The notes under the pieces are model-generated. The model made no database searches and was not told the DNA's origin. It saw nothing but the letters and a program-made list of their open reading frames with translations. The translations under genes and the position numbers were made by a program. Shown here piece after piece: positions 54,797 through 64,000 of a stretch of 64,000 nucleotides of DNA. The DNA is taken from NCBI GenBank assembly GCA_015059485.1, contig SVAH01000001.1, forward strand, positions 140,104 through 204,103, read 5' to 3'. Origin of the DNA: Bacillota bacterium (GTDB taxonomy: Bacteria > Bacillota_I > Bacilli_A > RF39 > UBA660). Position 1 is the first letter of the stretch. Each line of letters starts with the position of its first letter.

Positions 54797-56134
54797 TTAT
54801 TTTTTAAATGGTTCAAATATATCATCAACATCATTCACTCCACGTCTTTCTATTTTCCTATATACACGTGGTATTCTTTCATAAAGAACATATTCACCAT
54901 CAACTTCATTATTATTAGTTATACCATTTTGTTTAAATTCAAATATTTTTGATAATTCTAACTTATCATCATTAAATCCTTTTATTTCAGATATAGATGT
55001 TACTTTTCTTTTTCCATCACTCATTCTTTCTATATTTACAACTAAATCTATAGCTGAATTTATATATTCACGAATTGCCTTAACAGGTATTTCAAGTCCA
55101 GCCATAAGAATCATTGTCTCAAGCCTATTTAAAGCATCTTCGCAACTGTTTGCATGTAGTGTAGTTAAAGATCCATCATGTCCTGTATTCATTGCTTGCA
55201 ACATATCAAAAGCTTCTTTTCCACGAACTTCTCCAACAATTATTCTATCTGGTCTCATACGAAGGGAATTTATAACTAAATCTCTAATAGTTATTTCTCC
55301 TCCACTTTCATAGTTAGCAGTTCTAGTTTCAAGTGATATTACATGGCTTTGTTTTAATTTTAATTCTGCAGCATCTTCAATAGTTATAATTCTTTCGTCA
55401 TGTGATATAAATCCGCTTAATATATTTAAAAGCGTTGTTTTACCACTACCAGTACCACCACATACAATAATATTAAGTTTTCCCTTAACTGCTGCTTCTA
55501 AGAATCTTGCCATATATGGTGTAAGTGTTCCTATTCTAATTAAATCTTCAATATCAGTCATTGATTCTTTAAACTTACGTATTGTTACTACAGGGCCTTT
55601 AGTAGATAATGGTGGTATTACTGCATTAATACGAGAACCATCAGAAAGTCTTGAATCAACCATTGGATTGGCAGCATCTATTGTTCTACCTAATGGTTCA
55701 ATTAAGCGTTGAATAGTTCTAACTATATGTTCGTCGTTTATAAATGATACTCCATCGTCTTTAATCAATTGTCCATCAATTTCTATATAAATATCTTCTG
55801 GAGAATTAACCATTATCTCCGTAACATTTTTATCTTTTAAAAGTTCTGTTAAAGGTCCATATCCATTTATTTCATTATCAATTAAATTATATAAATGACT
55901 TCTCTCTAAATTAGTTAAATCATATCCAAATATAGTTTGATCAATTTCATCATTTATAAACTCTGAAATTGTCTTACCAGTAGGAATTTCTTTGTCTATT
56001 AAATTTTCGACTATTTTTGTACGTAATTTATCTAATAATTTTTTATCAGGAAAGATATCATAATCAGATAGATCAGAAAAATTATTAACTTCTCTTTTTA
56101 TATTAAATGCATCATATAAACTATGTCTACTCAT
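54797..56134 (-). CDS. tadA: CpaF/TadA family secretion ATPase
   Basis: Walker A GGTGSGKTT, Asp box, Walker B, His box (TGHDGSLTTLHAN). Confidence 0.9.
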   Translation of the reverse strand: MSRHSLYDAFNIKREVNNFSDLSDYDIFPDKKLLDKLRTKIVENLIDKEIPTGKTISEFINDEIDQTIFGYDLTNLERSHLYNLIDNEINGYGPLTELLKDKNVTEIMVNSPEDIYIEIDGQLIKDDGVSFINDEHIVRTIQRLIEPLGRTIDAANPMVDSRLSDGSRINAVIPPLSTKGPVVTIRKFKESMTDIEDLIRIGTLTPYMARFLEAAVKGKLNIIVCGGTGSGKTTLLNILSGFISHDERIITIEDAAELKLKQSHVISLETRTANYESGGEITIRDLVINSLRMRPDRIIVGEVRGKEAFDMLQAMNTGHDGSLTTLHANSCEDALNRLETMILMAGLEIPVKAIREYINSAIDLVVNIERMSDGKRKVTSISEIKGFNDDKLELSKIFEFKQNGITNNNEVDGEYVLYERIPRVYRKIERRGVNDVDDIFEPFKK

Positions 56135-56900
56135 TATTATCCTCCTTATTCTTTAAAAGATCCGCAGCTATTGTTGTGAAAGTAGCATATTCTTTCGAAA
56201 AAATGTTAGCCATTTTCCTTTGTAATGTAACTATTTGTCCGCTCATTACATAATCATCCATATTTTTTATAAAAAAGTTTGATGATAATGTATAATCTAT
56301 ATTAGCTTTCATAATATTTTTCATATCAAATAATGAAAAGTAATACTTATAAGGATTAACACTATTATTTAAAAGAATTTTATAATTATTTAAATCTAAA
56401 TCTCTAAATACGCTTATTATTGATTTCATATTTTTTAAATCTTTAGGGTCATTTGTCATAATAAACAAAATATCATCTACATTATCAAGTGTAACTATAT
56501 TAATTTCAGATAATGAATGATCCATATCAATTATTACTAAATCATAACTGTTTACAGCTTTATCTATTACTAAATCGATATACTTACTATCAATTTTAGA
56601 GGCCTGTCTAGGATCTTTAGGACTTGATAATATATCAATATAATCATCATATTTTGTAACATATTTGCTAAATTCAAAGTGTCTATTATTTTCATAATCA
56701 TCAATTAAATTGAATATACTTTTTTCACATGGAAGATTTAAAGAAATAGCTACTCCACCATTAGATAAATTCATGTCTATTATTAATACTTTTTTTTCTA
56801 TTGTTTCTAATATTCCTGCAAGATTTAATGCAGTTGTTGTTTTACCAACACCACCTTTAGCAGAAAATATTCCTACAGAAGTTCCTCTTTTATTTATCAT
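56127..56900 (-). CDS. CpaE/TadZ-like ParA/MinD-type ATPase
   Basis: Deviant Walker A SAKGGVGKTT. Overlaps the tadA start. Confidence 0.75.
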   Translation of the reverse strand: MINKRGTSVGIFSAKGGVGKTTTALNLAGILETIEKKVLIIDMNLSNGGVAISLNLPCEKSIFNLIDDYENNRHFEFSKYVTKYDDYIDILSSPKDPRQASKIDSKYIDLVIDKAVNSYDLVIIDMDHSLSEINIVTLDNVDDILFIMTNDPKDLKNMKSIISVFRDLDLNNYKILLNNSVNPYKYYFSLFDMKNIMKANIDYTLSSNFFIKNMDDYVMSGQIVTLQRKMANIFSKEYATFTTIAADLLKNKEDNNE

Positions 56901-56909
56901 GCTATCCCT

Positions 56910-57299
56910 CTATTCTTTTATTACTTTTATTTTATTCTTTTCTTTATATCCTTTTATGCTTGTTTTAATTTTATATTTTTTTAAACCTATTATTTTTCCA
57001 AAAATACTATCTATTTCATAATAGTTTTTAATTTTTAAATATTCTTCCTTCTTATCTATTTTTACATTTTCATAATTTATTTTATTTTTCTTATATAAAT
57101 TATAAATCTTATCTTCCATATCATTATCAAATCTATTATCAAACATTTCTTTAATTATAGTTTTAGTAGTGCTGTCTAATTTAATTTTTTCATTTGTCAT
57201 GTAGGAAACATCAACTACTAAAGCAAGCATCATTATCAAAAGTGGTATTAATATTACAAACATTATTAACGTTTGACCTTTTTTATTTAATTTATTCAT
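56910..57299 (-). CDS. TadE/TadG-like pseudopilin
   Basis: KKGQTLIMFVILIPLLIMMLALVVD N-terminus typical of TadE/G-like proteins. Confidence 0.6.
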   Translation of the reverse strand: MNKLNKKGQTLIMFVILIPLLIMMLALVVDVSYMTNEKIKLDSTTKTIIKEMFDNRFDNDMEDKIYNLYKKNKINYENVKIDKKEEYLKIKNYYEIDSIFGKIIGLKKYKIKTSIKGYKEKNKIKVIKE

Positions 57300-57636
57300 T
57301 ATATATCACTCTTTTAACTTCAACATTATAAGGATTTTTAAATATCAAATTTAAACCAGGCGTTACTATTTCAATTTGTTTCGATAATTTAAATTCAAGA
57401 TATTCATCTTTATCATTAATTACTATTTTTGTATCTTTTAAATCATTATGAACATTCTTTTTTATTTCTTTTAGGCTTTTATTATTTTCCTTCATTACTA
57501 TAACATCATTTAACTTGTTTTCTAATCTATTTTTTGTATAGTATATTTTTCCAATATCAATTGTAGCAAGTATCATAAAAACAAAAATAGGTAATATAAG
57601 CACAAATTCAACCAATGCTTGCCCTTTCTTATTCAT
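57292..57636 (-). CDS. TadE-like pseudopilin
   Basis: KKGQALVEFVLILPIFVFMIL N-terminal TadE motif. Confidence 0.7.
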   Translation of the reverse strand: MNKKGQALVEFVLILPIFVFMILATIDIGKIYYTKNRLENKLNDVIVMKENNKSLKEIKKNVHNDLKDTKIVINDKDEYLEFKLSKQIEIVTPGLNLIFKNPYNVEVKRVIYNE

Positions 57637-57645
57637 AAAACCACC

Positions 57646-57861
57646 TTAACTTTGCATTTCCTCAATTTCTTTATCTTTACAATACGCATCGCCTGGTTTT
57701 TTACCTTTAACGTATTCCTGATCAACAAGTGAGCATGCTGTTTTAGTTACAGAATCTTTTAAATATCCGCCAAAATAACTAACTAAAGTAATAGTAATAA
57801 CACTAATTATAGCAATTATTAATACATATTCTACTAAAGCTTGTCCTCTGTTATCTATCAT
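57646..57861 (-). CDS. flp: Flp/Fap family pilin
   Basis: MIDNRGQALVEYVLIIAIISVI contains the G/xxxEY Flp processing motif. AGGTGA RBS before ATG 57861. Confidence 0.8.
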   Translation of the reverse strand: MIDNRGQALVEYVLIIAIISVITITLVSYFGGYLKDSVTKTACSLVDQEYVKGKKPGDAYCKDKEIEEMQS

Positions 57862-57948
57862 ACAACTCACCTACTATAAAGATTATATAATATTTTAATA
57901 AATTTGTAAATTATAACAAAAAAATATTAGATATTTTTATCTAATATT

Positions 57949-58596
57949 TTATCTAAATAATTCTTTAAATAACTTAATTTTTAATTTTTTAAATAATTTT
58001 TTAGTAGTTTTCTTTGCTTGAATATTTTTTTTAACATTTTTATGTTCTTTCTTAGTTTCTTTTTTTACATTTGATTTTGTAACATTTTTATTTTCTTTTT
58101 TAGTTGTTTTTTCAACTACTTTATTTTCTAATTTTGCTTCTTCTTTAACTTCATTATTATTAATTTTTTCTTCAGTTTTAGGTTCTTCAACTCTAATATT
58201 TGATGATTCAAAACTTAAATTTCTATCTTCATCCATTCCATTTATAGAACCAATACTTGCATTATCAATAATAATTTTAGCATTACATTCTTTTAAACCT
58301 TTAACTGTTATTGTAGTTGCTTTAGTAAGAACTTTTCCGGTTAAATCGATTGATGCAAAGTAATTTCCACTACCAAAATCTGAACTAACATTAATTATTT
58401 CCAGACATGTATTATCGCTTGATTTAACAAAACCATCAGCTGATGCTACATCACTAGAAAGTAAAACATTAACTTCTTTTGTTTCTCCTACTAAAATATT
58501 TGAGCTTTCAATATTCATTGTACCAACTTTTGCCTTAGCATTAAAAGGCACTGCAATCATAAAAAGTGCTAATAAACCAATTCCCCTATTTTTCAT
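57949..58596 (-). CDS. secreted cohesin-like beta-sandwich protein with Lys-rich tail
   Basis: Signal peptide (..AVPFNAKA), about 110 aa beta domain resembling cohesin-type folds, C-terminal K-rich low-complexity tail. Confidence 0.45.
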   Translation of the reverse strand: MKNRGIGLLALFMIAVPFNAKAKVGTMNIESSNILVGETKEVNVLLSSDVASADGFVKSSDNTCLEIINVSSDFGSGNYFASIDLTGKVLTKATTITVKGLKECNAKIIIDNASIGSINGMDEDRNLSFESSNIRVEEPKTEEKINNNEVKEEAKLENKVVEKTTKKENKNVTKSNVKKETKKEHKNVKKNIQAKKTTKKLFKKLKIKLFKELFR

Positions 58597-58682
58597 TACA
58601 TAACCCCCTTGTAATGACTAAATTATAGCACTTTTTAATATTTTTGTCAAGTATTTGTAAATTATATAAACTTTTTTGTTAT

Positions 58683-59237
58683 TTATTGTAAATACTGTCT
58701 GCAATATTTACATTTTCCAACCTTTTCTGATACTAAATTACTAGCTCCGCAGTGCTTGCATACTATATTTCTAGTGTTTTTTGCTTTTTCTCTTTTTTCT
58801 TGCATTATTAAATCATTTTCTTTTTTTATTTTATAACTTTTATCTTCCTCATTTTGAATATATTTTTTTATAGAATCTACTCCCTTATCAAATATTTTTT
58901 GAATTATAATTGATATAATAATTAATATTACACCCATAATTATACATAATTTACTAAATGATATTATGCTAGGAGTATTATTAAAAAAATTTGATACTTT
59001 TAGTAATACACTATTAGTTATATTTTTAGATAGTAAATTAATACCATATTTAATTATAAGAACACTAATACCCAATATTATTAAAAAAACACATGTTTTA
59101 ATATTTACATTTTTTCTGGTAAATAATCTAAACAAAAGTAAAATCACACCCAAAAAGGGAATAAAATATAATGATATTAATATTACTGGTAAACTAGAGA
59201 AAAATTTAGATAATGTATTATATGGCATTTTTTTCAC
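58683..59237 (-). CDS. membrane protein with C-terminal zinc ribbon (YdjH-position protein)
   Basis: Four predicted TM helices, C-terminal CKHCGASN...CKYC. Confidence 0.5.
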   Translation of the reverse strand: MKKMPYNTLSKFFSSLPVILISLYFIPFLGVILLLFRLFTRKNVNIKTCVFLIILGISVLIIKYGINLLSKNITNSVLLKVSNFFNNTPSIISFSKLCIIMGVILIIISIIIQKIFDKGVDSIKKYIQNEEDKSYKIKKENDLIMQEKREKAKNTRNIVCKHCGASNLVSEKVGKCKYCRQYLQ

Positions 59238-59278
59238 CTCGTCTTTAAGAAAAGATTCGATTTATTTCGAATCTTTGA

Positions 59279-60838
59279 TTATTTTTTATCATTTGTACTT
59301 TTTTCAATCGTTTTTTTAGCAAAACTTGTAATGCTATTACTTTCAATTAATGAATTAAGCATTTTACTTTTAACACTTTCTCCTGTTATTGATTTATTAT
59401 TTGCTCCATCTATCATTGAGTTTTCAAGTCTAGTTCTATGTTCCATAAATGCATCTTGTTTTCTTAAATTAGTTACGTTTGTTTTTGTTTCAGTTTCATA
59501 ATTATGTCTTGCACCTGAATTACGATATCTTGAGTACATTACAAAGAAATATATAAATCCAAGTGATAAGAATAACCAATTATAATCAAAATCAATATTT
59601 AACATTAATATGAAGCCAAGAATTTCTACAAGAATAGAAACTATTACTAATTTTGGCATATGTATTGGAACACTACCCATAGTTTCTTTAGTCCTTGCAT
59701 TAACTGCTACATAATGTAGTAGTTTTTTATCTCCTTTAACTTGCATGTATGAATATAACCATACAGGTAAATAAGCAGATTTCCATTGTTCACCTTTAAC
59801 TTTAAAATCTTCAGTTTCCCAACGAACACCTCTATCATAATTTTTTAATGTATCATTAACAGAAAATTTAGCAATATCTTTTGATTGAGCATACGCTAAA
59901 TCTTTTAAATCATCAATATTAGTATCTCTTTTTTCTGATGTATAACCATTTAAATAATTTGAATCATATTTAACACAGTTTTCTATATCAAATGGCATAA
60001 TAGAATTAATAATATTATTTGTTTTTTCTTTATCATTCTTATTAAGTCTATCCTTATTAGATTCAACAGTTAAACCATCTATAACTATGTCAAATTCACG
60101 TTCTACATGATATGCATCTGCATCATAATAAGTTTCCTTGTGTTCATCATTTCCAACTGTATATGATCTAACTAGATGTTCTCCTTCTCCAACTAAATTA
60201 GAATGAGCATTAACGTCTATAACCATATATGGAAAATAAACACCCATTATATTTTCAGTTGTAAACTCTTTTACAAATGTTGGATAAGCAAAAAATCTTC
60301 TTTTTCCAACAAATTCTTCAATATTCTTTCTAGCTTCATCTTTTTTAACAGAAAAAGGTAGAACAACATCTGGTACTGCACCATTCGGAATTTGTTCATT
60401 AATAGAAAGCATATTTCGGCACCAGTGACAACGTGCTTGTGTACTTGAAGTTGTATCAACTACAACTTCAGCCCCACAACTAGAGCATTTAAGTGTTACG
60501 ATTTCATCACTAGATGCATCTATATTACTTGCCCCCGAACCAATTACTGTTCCTTCTAATTTTGATAAATCTTTTTCAAGTCCTTCAACTTTTTCAGGTT
60601 CAAATTCATGTCTACAAAAATTACATCTCAATTTACCAGTAGTAGTATTTAAGGAAATGTCTGTAGCACCACATTTTGGACATTTACTTTGACCAGTCTT
60701 TGAACCTTCATCTGTTTTTACAACTTTCACATTATTTCCATCTGTCTTTTTTTCTTCAATTTCAACATTATTTTCAGAAGCAGTTTTAGAAACTGCTTCC
60801 TCAATATTTTCTTTTACTTCTTTGCTATTTTTTGCCAT
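59279..60838 (-). CDS. double zinc-ribbon membrane protein (YdjG-like)
   Basis: CPKCGAT...CNFC and CSSCGAE...CHWC ribbons, two C-terminal TM helices. Immediately downstream of the SPFH protein. Confidence 0.55.
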   Translation of the reverse strand: MAKNSKEVKENIEEAVSKTASENNVEIEEKKTDGNNVKVVKTDEGSKTGQSKCPKCGATDISLNTTTGKLRCNFCRHEFEPEKVEGLEKDLSKLEGTVIGSGASNIDASSDEIVTLKCSSCGAEVVVDTTSSTQARCHWCRNMLSINEQIPNGAVPDVVLPFSVKKDEARKNIEEFVGKRRFFAYPTFVKEFTTENIMGVYFPYMVIDVNAHSNLVGEGEHLVRSYTVGNDEHKETYYDADAYHVEREFDIVIDGLTVESNKDRLNKNDKEKTNNIINSIMPFDIENCVKYDSNYLNGYTSEKRDTNIDDLKDLAYAQSKDIAKFSVNDTLKNYDRGVRWETEDFKVKGEQWKSAYLPVWLYSYMQVKGDKKLLHYVAVNARTKETMGSVPIHMPKLVIVSILVEILGFILMLNIDFDYNWLFLSLGFIYFFVMYSRYRNSGARHNYETETKTNVTNLRKQDAFMEHRTRLENSMIDGANNKSITGESVKSKMLNSLIESNSITSFAKKTIEKSTNDKK

Positions 60839-60839
60839 G

Positions 60840-62039
60840 TTATAGTCCTAAAAGTTTAGCTTTTGCGGCATCAAAGTCTTCTTGTGTTATAACGCCTGAA
60901 TCTAACAATTTCTTCATTTCTGCTAATTTTGCATAAGGATCTTCAGCTGGTGCAGCCTGTTCTTGTTGAGGTTGTGCTCCAAATGAATTTTGATAAGTTG
61001 ATGGATTATTTGGTTGTTGCATAGCTCCCATCATTCCACCAGCAGCGTTCATGCCCATTCCCATAAATGCCATTGAAGCTCCACCACCATTTTCTCCAGC
61101 GGCTTGCATTCCACGAGCGGCAGCTTGTTGCATAAATGAATTTCCTCTAGCTCCAGATAATGCATCAGCTTTCTTAACATCTTTCATTAATTCTTTAGTA
61201 TCATCATCGTATTCAATAGCAAGAATTGCTGTTTTTACAATTTCAAGTCCTCTATCAGATTTCCATTGATATCCATCTTCAACAGCTTGTGACAAACTTT
61301 GTGCAAATCCAATTTGATCTCCTTGAATTTTTGACATACGATTTCCTTTTGATGGATCGTTTGTATAATTTGAGAATGCGGCAGATAAGCTTCCAACTAC
61401 TTCATTAAATAATTGTGCTCCTGCATCATTATCCATATCAGCAAAATCAAATACTGGTGCATCTGGTTGTAAATATTTAGCTGGTACAAAGTTTTTAATA
61501 AATAAAAGTGGATCAGTGATTTTTAATGTATAAGTACCTCTTGTTACTGCCCCAACTTGTGTACCAAAGAATGCATCATCCCAATAAATTTCTGATTGAG
61601 TTCCGAATTTATTATTTGGTATTTCTTTTAAATTTACATAAAAAGCTAATTGTTGACTTCCTGGTTGTCCACCAAATTTTACTTTTTCCCAAGTTGATTT
61701 AATAGTTTGTCCAAATATTCCATCACCTGCAAACATAGATTGTGAATTAGGATCATCAGATCTAAATTCATATCCACCTGCTTCTGCGATAAATCCAGTA
61801 ATTTGTCCATCTTGTAATGTAATAAGTGCTGTTCCTTCTGGTACAACTATCTTACTTCCATTAGAAATAATATTTTCATTTCCTTTAGTATTTTCTCCAC
61901 GCCCATTATTTTGTGATTGTGGTACTGCTTGGAATACAGCAGCTGTTGCTGGAACATTTCCTCTTGGAACATAAAAGTCCTTCCATTGGTCAGCAAAAGT
62001 ACCACCTAATGCTCCTGTAAATGCTTTAATAAATCCCAT
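60840..62039 (-). CDS. SPFH/virion-core-like domain protein with C-terminal SHOCT domain (YdjI-like)
   Basis: MGFIKAFTGALGGTFADQWKDFY N-terminus typical of the YdjI family, G/A/M/Q-rich linker, SHOCT-like KLAEMKKLLDSGVITQEDFDAAKAKLLG. Confidence 0.7.
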   Translation of the reverse strand: MGFIKAFTGALGGTFADQWKDFYVPRGNVPATAAVFQAVPQSQNNGRGENTKGNENIISNGSKIVVPEGTALITLQDGQITGFIAEAGGYEFRSDDPNSQSMFAGDGIFGQTIKSTWEKVKFGGQPGSQQLAFYVNLKEIPNNKFGTQSEIYWDDAFFGTQVGAVTRGTYTLKITDPLLFIKNFVPAKYLQPDAPVFDFADMDNDAGAQLFNEVVGSLSAAFSNYTNDPSKGNRMSKIQGDQIGFAQSLSQAVEDGYQWKSDRGLEIVKTAILAIEYDDDTKELMKDVKKADALSGARGNSFMQQAAARGMQAAGENGGGASMAFMGMGMNAAGGMMGAMQQPNNPSTYQNSFGAQPQQEQAAPAEDPYAKLAEMKKLLDSGVITQEDFDAAKAKLLGL

Positions 62040-62174
62040 AATATACCTCTTTTCTTTTTAGCATTTTGAATAGTATTTCTAAGCATACGTATCCTTAATA
62101 AAATTATATAATACTTTTTTTAAAAAATACACCCCTTTTGTTCCTTATTTACGTTAAAAAAAGAAGTATTATTC

Positions 62175-62858
62175 TTATCTACTCCTTTTATTTTTTAATA
62201 AATCTTCTCTTGAATAAAATTCACATTCACCATGATTTTTTAATGTTGTTGCTCCTATTATAAATTCAGGTTTTATATGTGCTAAATTATTCTTATAATC
62301 ATACACTAAATTAGGATCAACAATTACCTCATCATTTTCATTCAAATACTTGCTAGGAATTGCAAAAATAATTGCACCAGTAGATATATTGCCAAACGAA
62401 TCACGTCTATGTGATTTTAAATCTATTTGCATTTGAATATCATACTTTATTAAATCTGCTGTTTTACTAATGGGTGGTACAGTTTCTTTACTTGTTGCAT
62501 TTGAATGTGCGCTTCCATTATTTATAAGACCATTTTCCATTACATCCATTAATACATTGCTATCAAAAATGTTTTCATTATTAATGATAGATGTCCTATG
62601 AATATATAAATTCATATTTTTATCATTCATAATTTCTTTTAATCTCAAACCAAAATCAAGCGGTATTGAACCTTTTTCATCCCATTCTTTAAATAATTCA
62701 TAATTAATTTTATTACATCCTGAATATGCCATAGAATAATATTTATTATCTTTTAAAGATTTCTCTTGATAATATTTTATTTCCTTACCTATAATTTGTT
62801 TTGAAAAAAGCGAAAGCTTCATATCTAACAGTTTTTGTTTTATTTGTTTTTTTTCCAT
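62175..62858 (-). CDS. hypothetical protein (227 aa)
   Basis: ORF only; no family recognised. Confidence 0.4.
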   Translation of the reverse strand: MEKKQIKQKLLDMKLSLFSKQIIGKEIKYYQEKSLKDNKYYSMAYSGCNKINYELFKEWDEKGSIPLDFGLRLKEIMNDKNMNLYIHRTSIINNENIFDSNVLMDVMENGLINNGSAHSNATSKETVPPISKTADLIKYDIQMQIDLKSHRRDSFGNISTGAIIFAIPSKYLNENDEVIVDPNLVYDYKNNLAHIKPEFIIGATTLKNHGECEFYSREDLLKNKRSR

Positions 62859-62865
62859 AAATCAC

Positions 62866-63123
62866 CTACTTATTAGTATTCTGATAATAATTTCTCTCAG
62901 ATAGATCTGCAGATACCCAATCAAGATCTCCACAATCACTATCTCCCTCTTCATTCAAAAACTCTTCTATATCAAATATTAGTTCTTCTATTGATGCATA
63001 TTTCTTGCAATCAAATCCATATCTTTCTAATATTTCGATATGAGCATCTGATAAAAGAAGACCATTATCTAATTTTTTTAACATATTTTTATTTATGTCT
63101 TTAGTTATTATATCTTCTTCCAT
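62866..63123 (-). CDS. hypothetical acidic protein (85 aa)
   Basis: ORF 2 nt after the serS stop and 7 nt before the next ORF. No family recognised. Confidence 0.4.
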   Translation of the reverse strand: MEEDIITKDINKNMLKKLDNGLLLSDAHIEILERYGFDCKKYASIEELIFDIEEFLNEEGDSDCGDLDWVSADLSERNYYQNTNK

Positions 63124-63125
63124 AA

Positions 63126-64000
63126 TTAATTCTTAGGTTCTATTTTCTTTTTACCACCCATATAAGGTTGTAAAGCTACTGGTATAGAAATTGAACCATC
63201 CTCATTATAATTATTTTCAACTAGAGCAATTAAACCTCTTGGTGTTGCAACAACTGTATTATTAAGTGTATTAGGGTAATAGTTTTCTTTTTCACCTTTA
63301 ACTCTTATTCCAAGTCTTCTTGCTTGTGCATCACCAAGTGTTGAACAAGATCCTACTTCAAAATAACATTCCTGTCTTGGACTCCATGCTTCAATATCAC
63401 ATGACTTAACTTTAAGATCTGCAAGGTCTCCACTACAGCATTCAAGTTGTCTTACTGGAACATCAAAGTTTTCAAATATTTCAACTGTTAACTTCCACAT
63501 TTTATTATAATTATCCATGGCTTCTTTTTCATCACAGATAACAATCATTTCTTGCTTTTCGAATTGATGAACACGGTAAAGTCCTCTTTCTTCTAAGCCA
63601 TGTGCTCCACCTTCTTTTCTAAAACAAGGTGAGTAAGATGTCATTTTTATTGGTAATTCTTCTGGTTTTAAAAGTTGTCCTTTAAATTTACCAATCATTG
63701 AATGTTCTGAAGTTCCAATTAAATATAAATCTTCTCCTTCAATTTTATACATCATTGCTTCCATTTCAGCAAAAGACATTACTCCATTTACGACATCTGA
63801 TCTAATCATAAATGGTGGGATAGCATAAGTAAAACCATGATCAATCATATAATCTCTTGCATAGGCTATCATTGCTTCATGAAGTCTTGCTATATCCCCG
63901 ATTAAATAATAGAATCCTTCACCACTTGTTCTTCCAGCTGATGCCTTATCTAAACCACCAACTCTTTCAATTATATCTGCGTGATGTGGTATTTCATAAT
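63126..64000 (-). CDS. serS: seryl-tRNA synthetase, C-terminal catalytic part (5' end beyond window)
   Basis: Class II motifs: frame open to position 64000, reading ...GEGFYYLIGDIARLHEAMIAYARDY..., TSYSPCFRKEGG (motif 2 region), RVHQFEK.E, NNTVVATPRGLIAL (motif 3). Confidence 0.9.
   Translation of the reverse strand, partial: YEIPHHADIIERVGGLDKASAGRTSGEGFYYLIGDIARLHEAMIAYARDYMIDHGFTYAIPPFMIRSDVVNGVMSFAEMEAMMYKIEGEDLYLIGTSEHSMIGKFKGQLLKPEELPIKMTSYSPCFRKEGGAHGLEERGLYRVHQFEKQEMIVICDEKEAMDNYNKMWKLTVEIFENFDVPVRQLECCSGDLADLKVKSCDIEAWSPRQECYFEVGSCSTLGDAQARRLGIRVKGEKENYYPNTLNNTVVATPRGLIALVENNYNEDGSISIPVALQPYMGGKKKIEPKN

Noticed and set aside
62175-62858. R...S-T...E-x-E pattern (YIHRTS, NISTG, GECEF) suggesting an ADP-ribosyltransferase toxin
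   Set aside because: These are three short motifs with loose spacing in a K/N-rich protein, which is easily chance. No supporting fold evidence is available without tools.
1-64000. Looked for CRISPR arrays, rRNA genes, transposases, integrases, phage structural genes and reverse transcriptases
   Set aside because: No regularly spaced direct repeats, no rRNA-like sequence, and no ORF with DDE, tyrosine/serine recombinase or YxDD-type RT motifs was recognised. The accessory blocks therefore lack an identifiable mobility gene in this window.

Overview
Very AT-rich (by eye about a quarter G+C) chromosomal segment from a spore-forming low-GC Firmicute; most genes are on the minus strand. All calls rest on reading the sequence and ORF track by eye, with no searches run, so several start codons were re-chosen from RBS context and are approximate.

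Backbone genes: trxA, cvpA, rnhC, holA, comEA-comEC, ruvAB, rplS, trmD-rimM, recD2, lon, pyk, lepB, nusB-xseA-xseB, partial serS, tRNA-Thr(CGU) and tRNA-Arg(UCU).

Sporulation and germination genes: spoIVB, a lone spoIIIAH-like gene, gerE, gerM and a gerA-type receptor operon.

Surface and secretion genes: an orphan pilC-pilD pair, a full Tad/Flp pilus locus and a ydjGHI-like zinc-ribbon/SPFH-SHOCT cluster.

Items most worth a second look:
1. A roughly 160 nt GC-rich patch full of NNC codons sits at the extreme 3' end of one of two secreted lectin-like paralogs (20129..20287). It looks like a diversity-generating-retroelement variable region, but no RT or template repeat is in the window.
2. 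Two unannotated double-glycine-leader peptide genes (41375..41673) lie downstream of a C39-peptidase ABC exporter. The exporter's promoter region shares a 40 nt element (37/40 identical) with the comEA-comEC promoter region, which suggests competence-coupled bacteriocin production.
3. An overlapping gene pair (26226..27100) encodes beta-sandwich repeats whose domain boundaries are out of register with the ORF boundaries, with a half-domain at each end.
4. An ABC-F gene is preceded by an 18-codon leader ORF and a hairpin/terminator attenuator.
5. A stand-alone candidate sRNA lies at 32461..32558.
6. The comEC-holA junction holds cargo genes separated by decayed comEC and yhcG-like fragments.

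No CRISPR array, transposase, integrase or reverse transcriptase was seen.
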